DNA from: Takakia lepidozioides
Taxonomy: Eukaryota > Plantae > Bryophyta
Reading direction: 5' to 3'
Length of the DNA stretch: 64,000 nucleotides
Assembly (NCBI GenBank): GCA_030704615.1
Contig: CM060732.1
Location: 44,578,001-44,642,000 of the forward strand
In this document: one piece after another, positions 37,701 to 49,285 of the stretch
How positions within the stretch are numbered: the first letter of the stretch is position 1
Layout: every line of letters begins with the position of its first letter
Notes under the pieces: model-generated
Databases searched by the model: none
What the model saw: only the letters and a program-made list of their open reading frames with translations
What the model was told of the DNA's origin: nothing
Program-made: the position numbers and the translations under genes

Positions 37701-40700
37701 GAGGGACATCTTGAGGGCTCTTAGAGAATTATTTCTGAAAGATCTTTGAAAGGTCTTGTCCATTCGCTTGAGCAAGAGAGTGTGGAGATAGGGTAGTGGG
37801 ATGAGAGCATGCTGTGATAGGAATTGCTTTAGTCTCTTTTCCTTGTCGTCTTCCACCCTCTCTGTAGGCCAAAACCTCTCCGTAGGTGGAGGCAAGAGTC
37901 AATCCGGATTTGGGCTGGGGTGTCTTGCAGGAGCGACACTGTGGAGTGTTTTTGGTGTGGGGGAGTTACTGTTTTCATTTTCTTGTGTTTGGATCCCCTC
38001 CACACATGCATGCTTGACTGTGCGCCATGTTAGTTTTGTGTGGGCGCTTCTTTTCATAGGAGGTTGGTCCGGATTTGATCATCGGTCAATCCTAGAGCGT
38101 GCTGTCGGTGGTGAGGCTGGGGTGATGACTAGTCAGACCATCATTGTTCTCTTATGGTGAGGCTGGGTTAATGACCAGCAGACCATAAGAGTGCTTGCGG
38201 TGGATGCAGGTGCAGGTATAGGTCTACGTTAGAAACCTATTATTCCTGCTTGAACCAGTAGCCGCAACAGGTTCTCTACCCGGTTACCTTGTAGAAAGTG
38301 GGGATTAGAGAAAAGTTGACAGCCGGTTTGAGTGTGAGTTTTCATCACGGAGGTGCCACCAGTTGATGAGGAGAGTGCCGGTACGAGCACCAGCGATACT
38401 AGTGGGTTTACAAGACAAAGTGTGCGGTTTAGGCCACCTTTACTTTCAGTGTCTTCTGATGAAGGTTCAGACTCAGAGTTAGGAGGATTCTCGCCGAAGG
38501 TGCAAGCCATTTCCGTGCCATTGTTGTAGGATACGATGGAGGAAATGTATGGAGCTACCAAGGGGCCACGTTGGTACTCTGGAGCTGTGGGCACCATCGA
38601 GCTTGATGATTTCATACCAGAGTTTGATAGTTGGTGTGATTTGCAGCAGATGCGTAATCCACAACTGTTTACGCCTTTTATGGCGTGGAAGGGGTTGTTT
38701 TAGCACCTTGAGGGGCCGCCTATGGATGACTATCATGAGTTTAGACGGGGAAATGAGGTGGAGATTGAGGAGTGGCGACAATATTGGTCACCTGACTATG
38801 GCTCCATCACTAGAGGAGCAGCTACACCAACATCCCCAACTGTAAGCACTAGTAGTGGGATAAGTAAAGATGGAGCTGGGAAATCCACTCAAGCTCCTGC
38901 TGCAGCACCATCACCCATGCCTGCCTTTAACCCAGTTGTGGAGTTCTTCGAGGAGTTGAGGAGAAACTACCAGGGGATAAGGACGGAGAAATTGCGGAGC
39001 TTACAGGTATGGGATATTGGACAAGGAGCTGAGGAGAATGGTGCGGGATGCAACTCTCCTACAAGTGGACCAACCCACCTTAGCAAATGTGTTTTTGCTG
39101 GAAGAGCGGATAGAGCTCAATATGGTGGAGGAGCGAGTGGTCATGGTGGGGTTTGATAAGGAGACACAATGAAGCGGGGCTCCTAGCCAACAACAACCAC
39201 TACCCCCAACGTGCTCAAGGCAACAAGAGGGCTCAGGCGAAGCCCAGGGAAGGACAGAGAGGATCTCAATTGCAGAGGTCACTTCCTTCATTCTCAGGCC
39301 AACAACAGTCGGGTGTGACATGTTGGGATTGTGGAGGACCCCATGTTAAGAGAGATTGCCCGGAGAGAGGCAAAGGGCCGGCACAGACACAACCTACACA
39401 ACTACAGTGTGGGCATTGTAGCAAGTATGGGCATGAGGAGGCCCATTGTTATGACTTGCATCCTGAGCTACGGCCAGGCCAGTTCCAAGGGAACAATGGT
39501 GGCCGAGGACGAGGCAATGTAGTCCAGAGAGGTAGAGGAGGCAGAGGTTGCAGTGGAGGTCGTATCCAAAACCAGGGAGCACAAGGTCAAGGTCAAGGTC
39601 ATGACCAAGGCATGGTGGATATGCTTGCCTAGCTAGAGCAACGTCTTGCTACCATGGCCACTACGCATGTTGCGCCAGCTCCAAGGCTTGAGGTTCAACC
39701 TCCACCTGCACAACCTCCTATGCCTAGGGAAGACCAGATTGGTATGGGCTTCATGTGTGGAGCCGCATTTGCAGGACCATTGCATGTGGACTCTGCAGCT
39801 GCTGTCACTCGAGTAGCAACGCGTGCTCCTGAGCCAAGAGGAGCAGATGTAAATTTTGATCCACAAATGGGGGAAGCAAGTCGACAGACAAGGCTTCCAC
39901 AGTCCTTACATTGGCTGAGACAGTGCCAACTACGCTATCGATGGTACCCGCTTGCCCAAGTGTGTCAGAGGTAGAGCCACGAGTGCCAGTAGGGAGAGTT
40001 GGTGTGGCTCGGGAAATGCCAGTGGGTGGTGCTGAAAAGCAAGGTGCAGCCAGTACATTGTTGGGGGCGGCTATGGCGGTTTGTCAAGCTCCATTATTTT
40101 CTGCAATGACCATTGCAATGCCAGGGATTCGGCCAGCTGTTGTATTCAGACTAGCAGCTAGACTCTGTGAGAGTGGTGATGCATCGGCACTATCAGTGGG
40201 GATAGCGGATAATGTGCAGTGCATGGATGCCCTGGACTCAAAGGTGAAGACAGCCACAGCTGCACCATGGCAAGCGGCAGCTGCAAGGTTGCAGGAGTTG
40301 CCAGCTAGACCAGCCATTGAGTGTAGTATGGTGACTCATGGGGTAGTCCTGGTGGACAATCAGGATGGTGTGTTTCAGTTGGGTGGCCCAGCCGGGAGGA
40401 GGTATAGGCCACTACAGGTCTTGTTGGACTCGGGAGCACAGCCATTGATGTTTGGAAGAGCAACAATTGCAGGCTTGGGCCTTACAGAGGCGGATTTGGA
40501 GCCTTGCCCCTTCCAAATTCAAACATCTTTGGGCAGTTCAGAGAAGGCACGAGGGATTACACGCCATGAGCTCTTCATTCGATTGCAGCCGGATCATCCT
40601 ACGGACGGCTCAGTCATGAGAGCTAAAGCCATCGTTACCGACGCGATGTCTTATGATGTGCTTGTTGGTGGGGCGGTGTTATACCCCATGGGATTCACTC

Positions 40701-41119
40701 TGGACTTTTGGGAGGAAACGATATCCTACATGCCGGAATGGCAGTCAGGAGATGGCCGACGTGCACTGCTCCCAGTGCAGTTTATTGGGAATGTAGCGGT
40801 GGATCATAGGAACATGATGCCTACATTGGCTGCATTCTTAGGGGTGGTGAGCTCTTGGAGGGCAATAGCCATGCAGATGATAGGCCATCACCTGATGAGG
40901 ACAAACAATTGGCATACAAGGCTGATTTGCTCATGTGCATGTGCATATTCCACTGTGGGGTACGGTTGGGAATTTACATCGAGTAGCAGGCGAGTGTGTG
41001 CACCAAACATGGCAGGAGGCCTTTCCATTCATGAGTGAGGGGAGTTCAGTGACATCACCTGGACCTCCTGAGTTAGCTCCTTTGGACACAGTGCCCATTA
41101 CCTGGCAACCACCTGACTC

Positions 41120-42080
41120 AGGGATTTGTTTGCTAGACTTGTTTGGAGGCATGAGCACTGGGCTTGCAGGAGTGTTATAAACATGGATTAAAGTACGCAA
41201 ATACTTTTATGTGGAGAAGGTTGAGATAGCTCGGCGTATTTCTATGCGCCACATCGTCTTGTCACACACCATTATCCTGAGTTGTTGCCTCTCTCAGCAA
41301 TTCAAGGGTATCAAAAGGCCTTGCCAGCAGACATTACCTTGCTGGGGGCGGATGATTTGGACCGGCATGGTTCCATTGACTTGGTGATAGCTGGATGGCT
41401 TTGCCAAGGACACTCTCCCGCAGGTCATGGGAATGGCTTGCATGATGCACGATTGCATTTGTTTTGGGAGTTGTTGAGATTGTTGCGTGACTTACAGGCG
41501 AGACAAGTGCAACCTCTACCTTACATCCTGGAGAATATTCCTCTCATGGGGGATTCTCGGGCCATGGTTATGGCCAGTGTGCATCAGATCCGGTCATGGA
41601 TTGGACCAGCTGTATTGTTGGATGCAGCTGCAGTGGGTTCACGGGCACATAGGCCTAGGTTGTGGTGGACCAATCTTGCACCACCAGAGTTGCTCAAGAG
41701 AGCCTATGATTCCATTCAACGGTCACCCAACCTCACAGTTGAGGGCATTTTGGACCAAGGGAGGCAACCACAGAGGGTGCGACATGATGACCGTCCACCT
41801 CTAGCAGTGGTAAATCGAGTGGGGCAGCCACGTGTAGCCTTGCCTACGCTCATGAGTTTTCCCTCGTCTCATGCTTTTAGAGACAATGGCCTTGGGTTGA
41901 TTTGGGACAGTGTGCTACAACAATTGGTGGAGCCCAATGCAGATGAGCGAGAGCGGGCAATGGGATTTGTCACGGGCACTACAGCTGTGCCAACTCTGTC
42001 AGAGGCATCACGACGCCAGGTGTTGGTGAGGCAATGGATCTCAATTGCTTGACATGGGTCATTGGCTTGTGCATGGCTGA
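41120..42080 (+). pseudogene. DNMT3-like C5 cytosine methyltransferase domain (copy 2)
   Basis: LLDLFGGMSTG, DLVIAGWLCQGHS, ILENI, RAHRPRLWWTNL, ERERAMGFVTGTT, RRQVL. Confidence 0.85.
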
Positions 42081-45000
42081 GCAACGGAGATTGCAAGCAT
42101 TAGCGGCTACTTCTGCACTTCCATTGGATATTGCACCATCTCTGCCAACCGAGACGATGGAGGCATTGAGTGGGGGCGAGCACAGGATCAAGGGGTGCAA
42201 ACACCCGTGGCAGATGTGGGATGAGATGCGCAAAGAGAGAGTCATTGGATCTCTCAAGCAACAGTATGAGGAGTGGGGAGAGTCATGGACTGAGGATTAG
42301 TTGGAGGCCAGGGTGGCCAAGGTTTTTGAAAAGGTTGAGAATGTTTCTTGCTCAGAGGATGTTCTCAAGGTGGCTATGGCGGAGCAAGTGGAGGATATGC
42401 CACAGTCAGATTGGGCGGACAAGGCCCAAGAGGTTGCTATCTAGCAACCAAAGGATTCGTCTTCTACCTCCAAGCCTGGTGTACCCAAGGTTGCAGTTAC
42501 TGAGGACAATTGGGAACCAGATGTTGGACCTACAGTCACCGGAGGAGAGAAACGGAGGATCCAGCGATTTCTAAGGGCTTATAGAAATTGCTTTGCCTTC
42601 AGTTTGAAGGATATCTATGGCAATTGGACAGAAAGGAGGATGTGTGGGGACTACCGTCCTGTGAACCGTCAGACTAAGTCCGATAGATATGTCATGCCAA
42701 CTCCAGAGGAGATCTTTGATGCCATTGGGTATGCAAAGGTGTTTAGCACATTGGACTTGCGATCCGGTTACCACCAGTTGCCAATCAAAAAGGCTGACAA
42801 GCAAAAGACAACATTCTGGGGGATTGACCAACATGAGAAGGATTGCTTGTACCAATGGCGGTTACCGTTTGGGTTGAAGAATGCTCCTGCAGAGTTTTAG
42901 GGGGTTATGGATAGGATTCTTGTAGGGCTAGACTTCACCCGGTGCTACATTGATGATATCATCATCTTTAGTGCCACGGTTGAGGAGCATGAGAGACACC
43001 TTTAGGTGGTGTTTGAGCATTTGAAGGCGCATGGATTGAAACTGCACCCTGGAAATTGCAAGTTCTTCCACGATCAGATTGAGTATCTGGGCCACATGAT
43101 ATACCCTTGAGGATTGGGTGTTCAACACACAAAGGTGGAGGCCATTGCACGCATTCCACGCCCCATAGATGTAAGTAGAGTTCGTGCTTTTATGGGGTTG
43201 GCAAACTATTATCGACGGTTTGTCAAGGGATTTAGCAGCATTGCAAAGGCTCTTACCAAGTTGACCAAGGTGGGTCAAGAGTGGCAGTGGGAGGAGGAGC
43301 AGGAGGAAGCCTTTGAGGAACTCAAGGCTCGATTGACTTCTGTGCCTATTCTGAGGCGGCCTATTCGGGGTCGGTCTTTCCAGCTACATACGGATTGGAG
43401 TATGCTAGGGATTGGAGCAGTGCTCACACAGGTGGTTGATGAGGGAAGAGAGTTTGTTGTGGCATATGCTAGCCGCTTGAACAATGATGCCGAGGCGAAG
43501 TATAGTTCCTATGAAGGGGAGTGTCTGGCTGCAGTATGGGTAGTGGCACATTTTAGATGCTACCTCTATGACAATCTCTTCACCCTTGTCACGGATCACC
43601 AACCATTGAAGTGGTTGATGGAGTCAAACAAGCTTACAGGGAAGCTTGCAGGGTGGGCACTTATGCTTCAAGAGTACGACTTCCAGGTGGTGCATCGAGC
43701 CGGAATAGTCAACTAGGATGCGGATGGATTGAGTCGCAATCCATGCACGAGTGAGCATGATGATACTGGAGCTCGGTGGCATGGTGAGACGGATGAGGAA
43801 ATGGTGCCAGGATGGCATGCATCTGCCTTTTTGTGCATCCTAGCAATGGGAGCTCAAGCTAGTCCATCCCATGCGATAGGTCATGTAGATAGCGTGCATG
43901 ACGATCCAGAGACTAGTGAGGAGTTTGGTGGTGCTAAGGATGTGCATGAAGATGCAACAGTATTGGCATACCTTCGTACCGGAGAGACAACAGCCAATGT
44001 GACTGCTAAGGAGAGAGATCGGGTCCTACAACGAGCCAAGAGATTCAAGTGGGAGGGGACTCACCTACTCCGAGTATGGGAGGATGGACGAGTGAGGATT
44101 GTGCCTCATCCAACACAACGAGCGCGATTGGTACACCATGCCCATGACGAGTTAGGACATTTTGGGATGCGGCGCACTCATAGTTTGCTGCAAGGATAGT
44201 ATTGGTGGTGGGGCATGCACACGGATGTGCAACAGTTAGTGGCAAGGTGCATGGTGTGTGATAGAGTGCGGGCTTCTTTCAATGCACCTACTCCACAATT
44301 GCATCCTTTACCCATTATGGGTTTGGGCTATCGTTGGAGTCTTGACTTCGCAGGCCCATTGCAACTAACGATTTGCCATAACAAGTATGTGCTAGTGATG
44401 GTGGAACATTTCTCCAAATGGATTGAACTGGTGGCATTGCCTGACAATGCAAGTGAGGGGGTTGCGTATGCATTCTTAGATTGAGTGCTTAACCAATTTG
44501 GTGCTTCAGCCGAGGTACTCACGGACCAGGGGAGAGAATTCTTGGGGGAATTTCAGGCTTTGTGTGAGCAAGCCTTGATAGATCACCGCACTACTTCTCG
44601 GGATCATCCCGAGGCTGATGGCTTGGCGGAGAGGGTTGTGCAAACAGTCAAGTGAGGCTTGCGCAAGTATGGCTTGCAGAACGGACACTTGGGAGATTGG
44701 GACCTTCAGTTACCTTGGTTGGCCATGGGTTACAGGTTTAGCAAGCAAGCATCACTTGCCTCGTTCTTGCCTTATTTCCTTCTCTTTGGCCGAGAGCCAG
44801 ATTTGCCTACATCTATTCGCAAGGAGACTGCAATAGTCCTCAACCTTGATGATCCGGATGTGTAGACACAAGCATGTGCCCAACGGGCAGAGTTGTTCAA
44901 GAGAGTCATGGCTTTTGATAACCTTGCTATTGCCCAACACCGAGACACATTGAGGTACACCACTGTATGTGGAGGGGGATATCGGCCAGGTGTTCAGCGT

Positions 45001-45232
45001 TTCCATCCTGGGGACTATGTGTATGTGCAGCAGACAACGCCTACGACCTTGGATGTCACAGCAGGTCGTGTGATTCTAAGGGTTCGGGAGGTGTTGCCTT
45101 CAGGAGTGTTGATTTTGGAGGGTCGAGATGGCATGGTATGGAAGGACCATGTGCGCAATTGTGCGCCATGTCACCTTCCACATGTGGATGGGAGGATAGA
45201 TCCCAACCTTGCAGTGGTACCTGTAGGGTTGC

Positions 45233-45372
45233 GTTGCATGTTATGTGGGCATGCTGGTGGTGCCGCGACCATGTTGGTGTGTGACAAATGCTCAAGGGGG
45301 TGGCACATGGGATGCTTGACACTGCCACTTGAGGAGGTTCCTAGTGGAGAATGGTTGAGTCCACGATGCCTT
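45233..45372 (+). other. PHD finger at the integrase C-terminus
   Basis: CMLC...MLVCDKCSRGWHMGCL..PLEEVPSGEWLSPRC is C4HC3 with one Cys>Ser change. Confidence 0.85.
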
Positions 45373-45715
45373 GGACAGAGGTAGTGGGGCATGACAGTGG
45401 CGAGGTTGACAAGTGATCCAAGGTCTAGTTAACGGGAGTTCGATGCCATGGACACCCAATTGAAGCCATGGATTGCAAGAAGGCGAGTAACGATGGGGCT
45501 ATTTTTGCACTCGGCCTCTTGATCTATTGACTTCAGATACTGGGACTTGGGCGATTGATGACCAAACGATGATCTTATTGGGATGGATACTTGTCAGCTA
45601 TCCGGTGTTAGAGGGACCTAATCACCGGCTAGGGGGGCGATTGTGGTATAGCTTTCTAGGATTGTGTGGTGGACAACAATGTATGTTGTAGCACGATGTT
45701 TAGGTGCACGACAGC

Positions 45716-46222
45716 TGTCATGGTTTTAGTCATGGTTATCTAGAATTACCTACTTCTAGTTCACTAGGACATTTTAGATATTTATATTTATATTTTGTGT
45801 GTTGGGACTTCATTGGGTCTCACATGCCAAGTGAGGTGTCGAGCCTCACTTGAGACATGGAAATAGGTTTTCCCCTTGTGAGGATAGAGGAGGCTCATCT
45901 TCTTGTAGTTGAGCCTCCATAAGCTTGTCTCACCTCCATAGCTCTAGGTATTGAGAGGGAGTGTGTTGAAGGCTTTGTAGGGTGGATTCCCTTAGCAAGG
46001 GTGCCCTTGGCTTGACTTAGTTTATGTGATAGAGTGGATTTCACTTGGAAGGACTATGGCTTGTTCTTAGTGTGATTGCTTTATGCTTTGAGAGTCTTTA
46101 TTGTCTTCCACTTCTCTCATTTCTCTTCTCTTATCATTGTGGTATAGCTTTCTAGGATTGTGTGCTTAGATTGTGTGGTGGACAACAATGTATGTTGTGG
46201 CACGATGCTTAGGTGCACGACA
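45716..46222 (+). repeat. 3' LTR of family B copy 1 (core 45716-46136 plus terminal segment ending GCACGACA)
   Basis: Shares the ...GATTTCACTTGGAAGGACTA... segment with 13316-13736, which the 35999 LTR lacks. Confidence 0.8.
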
Positions 46223-46394
46223 TCTTGGGACCAATTCAGAGTAGGAGCTAGTGTGTGATCAGTAGGGTTTGGGTGTTTGCTACAAAAAAATTCAGCTGTC
46301 ATTGTCAGCTTCTAGCAGCAAGGGCAAGGTCTATGCATTAATGGTGCTGAGGAAGGGATAGCTGAAGGAGAGCAGGGATGGAGTGTAGGTCCTG

Positions 46395-47668
46395 ATTCAT
46401 CCAAGAGGGACGGATATCAGGCACAATAGTGCCCATGATTCCCTATGGATTGATAGCTACAAGAAACCTGCATGGGTAGATGGTCAACTGGAAACAGTGG
46501 CAACGACATATTTGATAAAATCAGGTGCTCCACCATGACCACAGCTTCCGAGGGAGGACCAAGAGAGGGAGTCCACAATACCGATTCTGGCACTTCTGGG
46601 CACATGAGGATGCTATGTGAGGCAGGGCAACTGAAAGAGGCTCTACAAATTTTGAAGGGTTTCAGCAGATTCAGCAGATTCAGATACTTATGTCTGTCTC
46701 TTGCATACGTGCATCAAGATGAAAGGCCTAGAAGCCGGAAAACAGGTGTATGGTCAAATTATCCAAAGTGGATTCAAGCCCAACGTTTTTCTATGCAACA
46801 CCTTTGTTAACATGTATGTGAGGTGTGGGAGCATTGTGGATGCACACTGAGTGTTCAACAAAATGCCTGAACAAGGTTTGATCACGTGGAATATAATGAT
46901 GGCAGGACTTAGCAAGCTTGGTTGTGGTAAGAATGCCTTGGAGCCCTATGAGCTAATGATGCAAGAAAGGGTGAAGCCCAACCAAATCACATTTGTTTGT
47001 GTTTGCAATGCATATGCGAGCCTAACAACCCTGGAGAAGGGCAAAAAGATCCATGGTGACATCTTCAAAGCTGGAATAGTAACAAATGCCATTCTGAGCA
47101 CTGCCCTGATAAAAATGTATGCCAAATGTGGGAGCATTGAGGATGCAAATGGAGTGTTCAACGATATGGCTGAACGAGATGTGATCTCGTGGAACGCGAT
47201 GATCGCTGGATATGCTCAGCGTGGGTGCGGGATGAAGGCTTTGGAGACTATGAGCAAATGATTCAGGAAGGGTTGAACCCAGACCACGTCACATTCGTTT
47301 CCATTTTCAATGTGTGGGCAAGCCTGGTAGCCCTGGAAAAGGGCAAAGAGGTCCATGGTGATATCATCAAAGCTGGAATTGTACCAGATGTCATTCTGAG
47401 CAATGCCTTCATTGACATGTATGCCAAAGGCGGAAGCATTGAAGATGCAAAGGGAGTGTTCATCTGGATGGCTGAACGAAATGTGATATCATGGAGTGCT
47501 ATGATTGCAGGATATGCACAGCATGCGTGTGGGATTGATACTGCCAATGTGACAACAATAAAGTATCCCGAAACAGGTAACAAAGACGAGGAGAAGCTGT
47601 GGAATGAATACTTTTCTGACCCCAGTCAATGGTGGGACAATCGAGGCAATAAGATGAATGCCTATTAG
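46395..47668 (+). pseudogene. PDF-motif + PLS-type PPR pseudogene (frameshifted, no E/DYW), followed by another PDF first-half exon
   Basis: Degenerate IHPRGTDIRH.. exon, MRMLCEAGQLKEALQIL, PPR repeats (MYAKCGSIEDA..VF..M.ERDVISWNAMIAGYAQ), then EEKLWNEYFSDPSQWWDNRGNK. Confidence 0.8.
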
Positions 47669-49044
47669 ATTACAGAGAGTAGTAGGCGCAATTGAGCATA
47701 TGAACTGTGGAATTTATAGCCTCCATTCTTCTAAGTTTACTTTCTCTACTGTCTAGAAATTAATCAGAAGGTTCATAGATACAGTAGGCAAGGGTACCAC
47801 CGACAGTTTGGAGGCTGTGATGGCTGCATATGTGTGGGGAAAAAGAAGCTCCTCTTGGAACATGAGTGAAGATTGACCTGCATTGGCAGCATCCGCAGGC
47901 AAGTCATACACCCTTTCATGTACCCTCTTTTTCTTCCACTACACAACATGTCCATCCAGAAATTTTGCTTTGATTACCCAATAACCGTGTTGTATCTGTG
48001 GATACATCTCAATGTGTTTATCCTTCGACTTGCTCCATTTCATGCAGATTCAGTGTGTAGCCGGCTAACAGCACCAACGGATGTGCACACAATATTGAAA
48101 GAGCTAAGCACCAAGTGCATGCCATTGCCAAAGAGGGTTGGAGGATCAGATCAGGGTTTGACAGATTCAACAAAAAATCATTAACGGTGGGTGGCTGAAC
48201 ACTGGGGATTCTACTGCTCACAGTCCCAAATCTGCATGGATTAATGAAGGGGAAGTCCAAATTAACACGGGATGGGATGCATTCCCTTCCTCACCCATTC
48301 ATTCTGTTCCTGTCAACAATGGCTGGGATGCTATCCCTTGCAATACTACAGTTAATGATGAACACAATCCGTTAGATGGGTAGTTACCCTCCAACACTCC
48401 GATACACCCCAATTGGGGTTCCTTCTTAAACAGAAACAGACAAGAATTGTGGCTGGCCCGTCATGGAGGCAAATGACGACGTTAGTGCCAATATGCCATC
48501 ACAAGGCTCACTGGTATGGACCGGCTAAGAGCTTTTAATACAACTCTGAGTGTATTTAGCATAAAACATTTTGTGGAGTAAAATAAAATAAGTGGATTAT
48601 ATTGGTATAATATAAAAGTACATATCCACTTAACCCTTCACTGTTTACCAGGTTCACTAACTTTTGCATATGACAATAATTTTCACTCTTTTTTCAAGAT
48701 CATTTATAGCCCATGAGGTGGCATACTTGCTCCAAAAAACTTCATGAGATTTTTGGAAAATTTCATTTAGCGCATTGCTCTCAACATCCCTCTTATCAAA
48801 CAAGGGAAGCAAGTGTGCGACATGCTCCAAGCCACTGAGATGATACAATGATTGCTATTTTTCTTGCGAAAAACAATGAAATATGGGATGTATGTATGTA
48901 GCACCATGGGGATGATCCACCCCTTTTTGTGAATATTGAACATAGTTCTCAGAATTCGTCGCTAGTAGTGCGGAGCAACGCGAAGCCCTAGTATCATATA
49001 GGGCTCCGCTCCCTTTTTCTTTAAAAAAAATAAAAAATGCACAT

Positions 49045-49285
49045 CAGGTGGTAGCTCAGTTGGTAAGTGCACAATGTGTCGCCCTGGTGGTTCAGGGTTC
49101 AAACCCGCTGCCCTGCCTGATGTGTGGATTGATTGTGACCGGTTGGTCTGTGGTGATGTTTCCCTCCCGTGTGCTCAATGGCTTATCTGAAAGGGGGCTA
49201 ATTTTTCCCCCTCCTCAAGGGCCTGAATTGTGAGCAGTCCCTCCCAGGTTTTCTTTTTGCTTAAAAATATATATAAATAAAATAA
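49045..49285 (+). mobile_element. tRNA-derived SINE-like element
   Basis: Pol III A box TAGCTCAGTTGG (49052) and B box GGTTCAAACC (49096) at tRNA-like spacing; no convincing cloverleaf; unique body and AT-rich tail. Confidence 0.55.

Larger units (their letters stand above)
38346..45384 (+). pseudogene. Family B copy 2 gag-pol polyprotein with DNMT3-like domain and C-terminal PHD finger
   Basis: Two Zn knuckles (CWDCGGPHVKRDC, CGHCSKYGHEEAHC), VLLDSGA protease, MTase at ~41120-42080, RT, RNase H (LHTDWS..YEGECLA..TDHQPL), integrase (HHAHDELGHFG..CMVC, WSLDFAGP, TDQG) and PHD. Confidence 0.9.
35999..45713 (+). mobile_element. Gypsy family B copy 2 (LTR-gag-PR-DNMT-RT-RH-INT-PHD-PPT), nested in copy 1
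   Basis: LTR start TGTCATGG at 35999; leader and gag are homologous to copy 1; full domain set; PPT AGGGGGGCGAT at ~45631-45641 is followed by a short TG...GCACGACA terminus. Confidence 0.85.
13316..46222 (+). mobile_element. Gypsy family B copy 1 (DNMT-carrying), outer element of a nest containing a CACTA element and family B copy 2
   Basis: Terminal repeat TGTCATGG...TTATCA at 13316-13736 is nearly identical to 45716-46136. The block ends ...GCACGACA at 46222. TCTT flanks both ends (13312-13315, 46223-46226; candidate 4-bp TSD). The host repeat unit resumes on the right. Confidence 0.8.

Noticed and set aside
49045-49115. Functional tRNA gene
   Set aside because: A and B boxes are present, but I could not fold convincing acceptor and anticodon stems; treated as a SINE head.
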